Assembly: GCA_965230295.1 (NCBI GenBank)
Contig: OZ246001.1
Span: 224,001 to 288,000, forward strand
Direction of reading: 5' to 3'
DNA length: 64,000 nucleotides
Source of the DNA: Marinicella sp.
GTDB taxonomy: Bacteria; Pseudomonadota; Gammaproteobacteria; Xanthomonadales; Marinicellaceae
The notes under the pieces were generated by a model, which did no database searches, was not told the DNA's origin, and saw only the letters and a program-made list of their open reading frames with translations. Numbering within the stretch: position 1 is the stretch's first letter; each line of letters begins with the position of its first letter. A program made the position numbers and the translations under genes. Of the stretch, positions 63,910 through 64,000 are shown one piece after another.

Positions 63910-64000
63910 TTAACTTCCAGCCTGTTTCAGCAACCAAGATTTGATGGGTTTGATCTGATTCAAACCATTCATACCCAAGGCCCGCAATTTTTTAATCGGT
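63910..64000 (-). CDS. C-terminus of a probable UbiH/UbiF/VisC-family FAD hydroxylase (truncated by window edge)
   Basis: PIKKLRALGMNGLNQIKPIKSWLLKQAGS* resembles the family C-terminal helix. Confidence 0.55.
   Translation of the reverse strand, partial: PIKKLRALGMNGLNQIKPIKSWLLKQAGS

Overview
Gammaproteobacterial chromosome segment. Gene order and the C-terminal 'D-x-I-F-x-x-x-F-D/E' motif on secreted proteins suggest a Marinicella-like marine lineage (inference). Core blocks: thrS-infC-rpmI-rplT-pheS-pheT-ihfA-merR-tRNA-Pro(GGG); a 2-oxoacid dehydrogenase E1a/E1b/E2 operon divergent from kynA; fadI-fadJ; rplM-rpsI; ygfB / zapB-like-zapA-6S RNA-ygfA-rpiA; a stand-alone fusA; mdh, pruA, msrA, frmA-fghA, pdxJ and dgt. 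Accessory content: several secreted beta-helix or nuclease proteins sharing a C-terminal motif, four GNATs, an HvfA/B/C/DoxX-type (MNIO/DUF692) RiPP operon whose precursor has 18 EGKCG units, and REP clusters with REP-in-REP nesting. The most unusual region is the ~3.7 kb islet between mdh and tRNA-Pro. It holds (i) two inverted copies of a MITE-like element around a DoxX gene, where one copy carries five extra hairpin modules at four internal sites, four of them sharing a fold but not a sequence, and (ii) a DUF6502-like HTH protein co-transcribed with a secreted 106-aa peptide carrying five identical STDTGTGG units, a candidate peptide-signalling or precursor system. A second DUF6502-like paralog lies 10 kb away. 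A different MITE interrupts a small gene near the window end. All family assignments are from motif recognition, not database searches.
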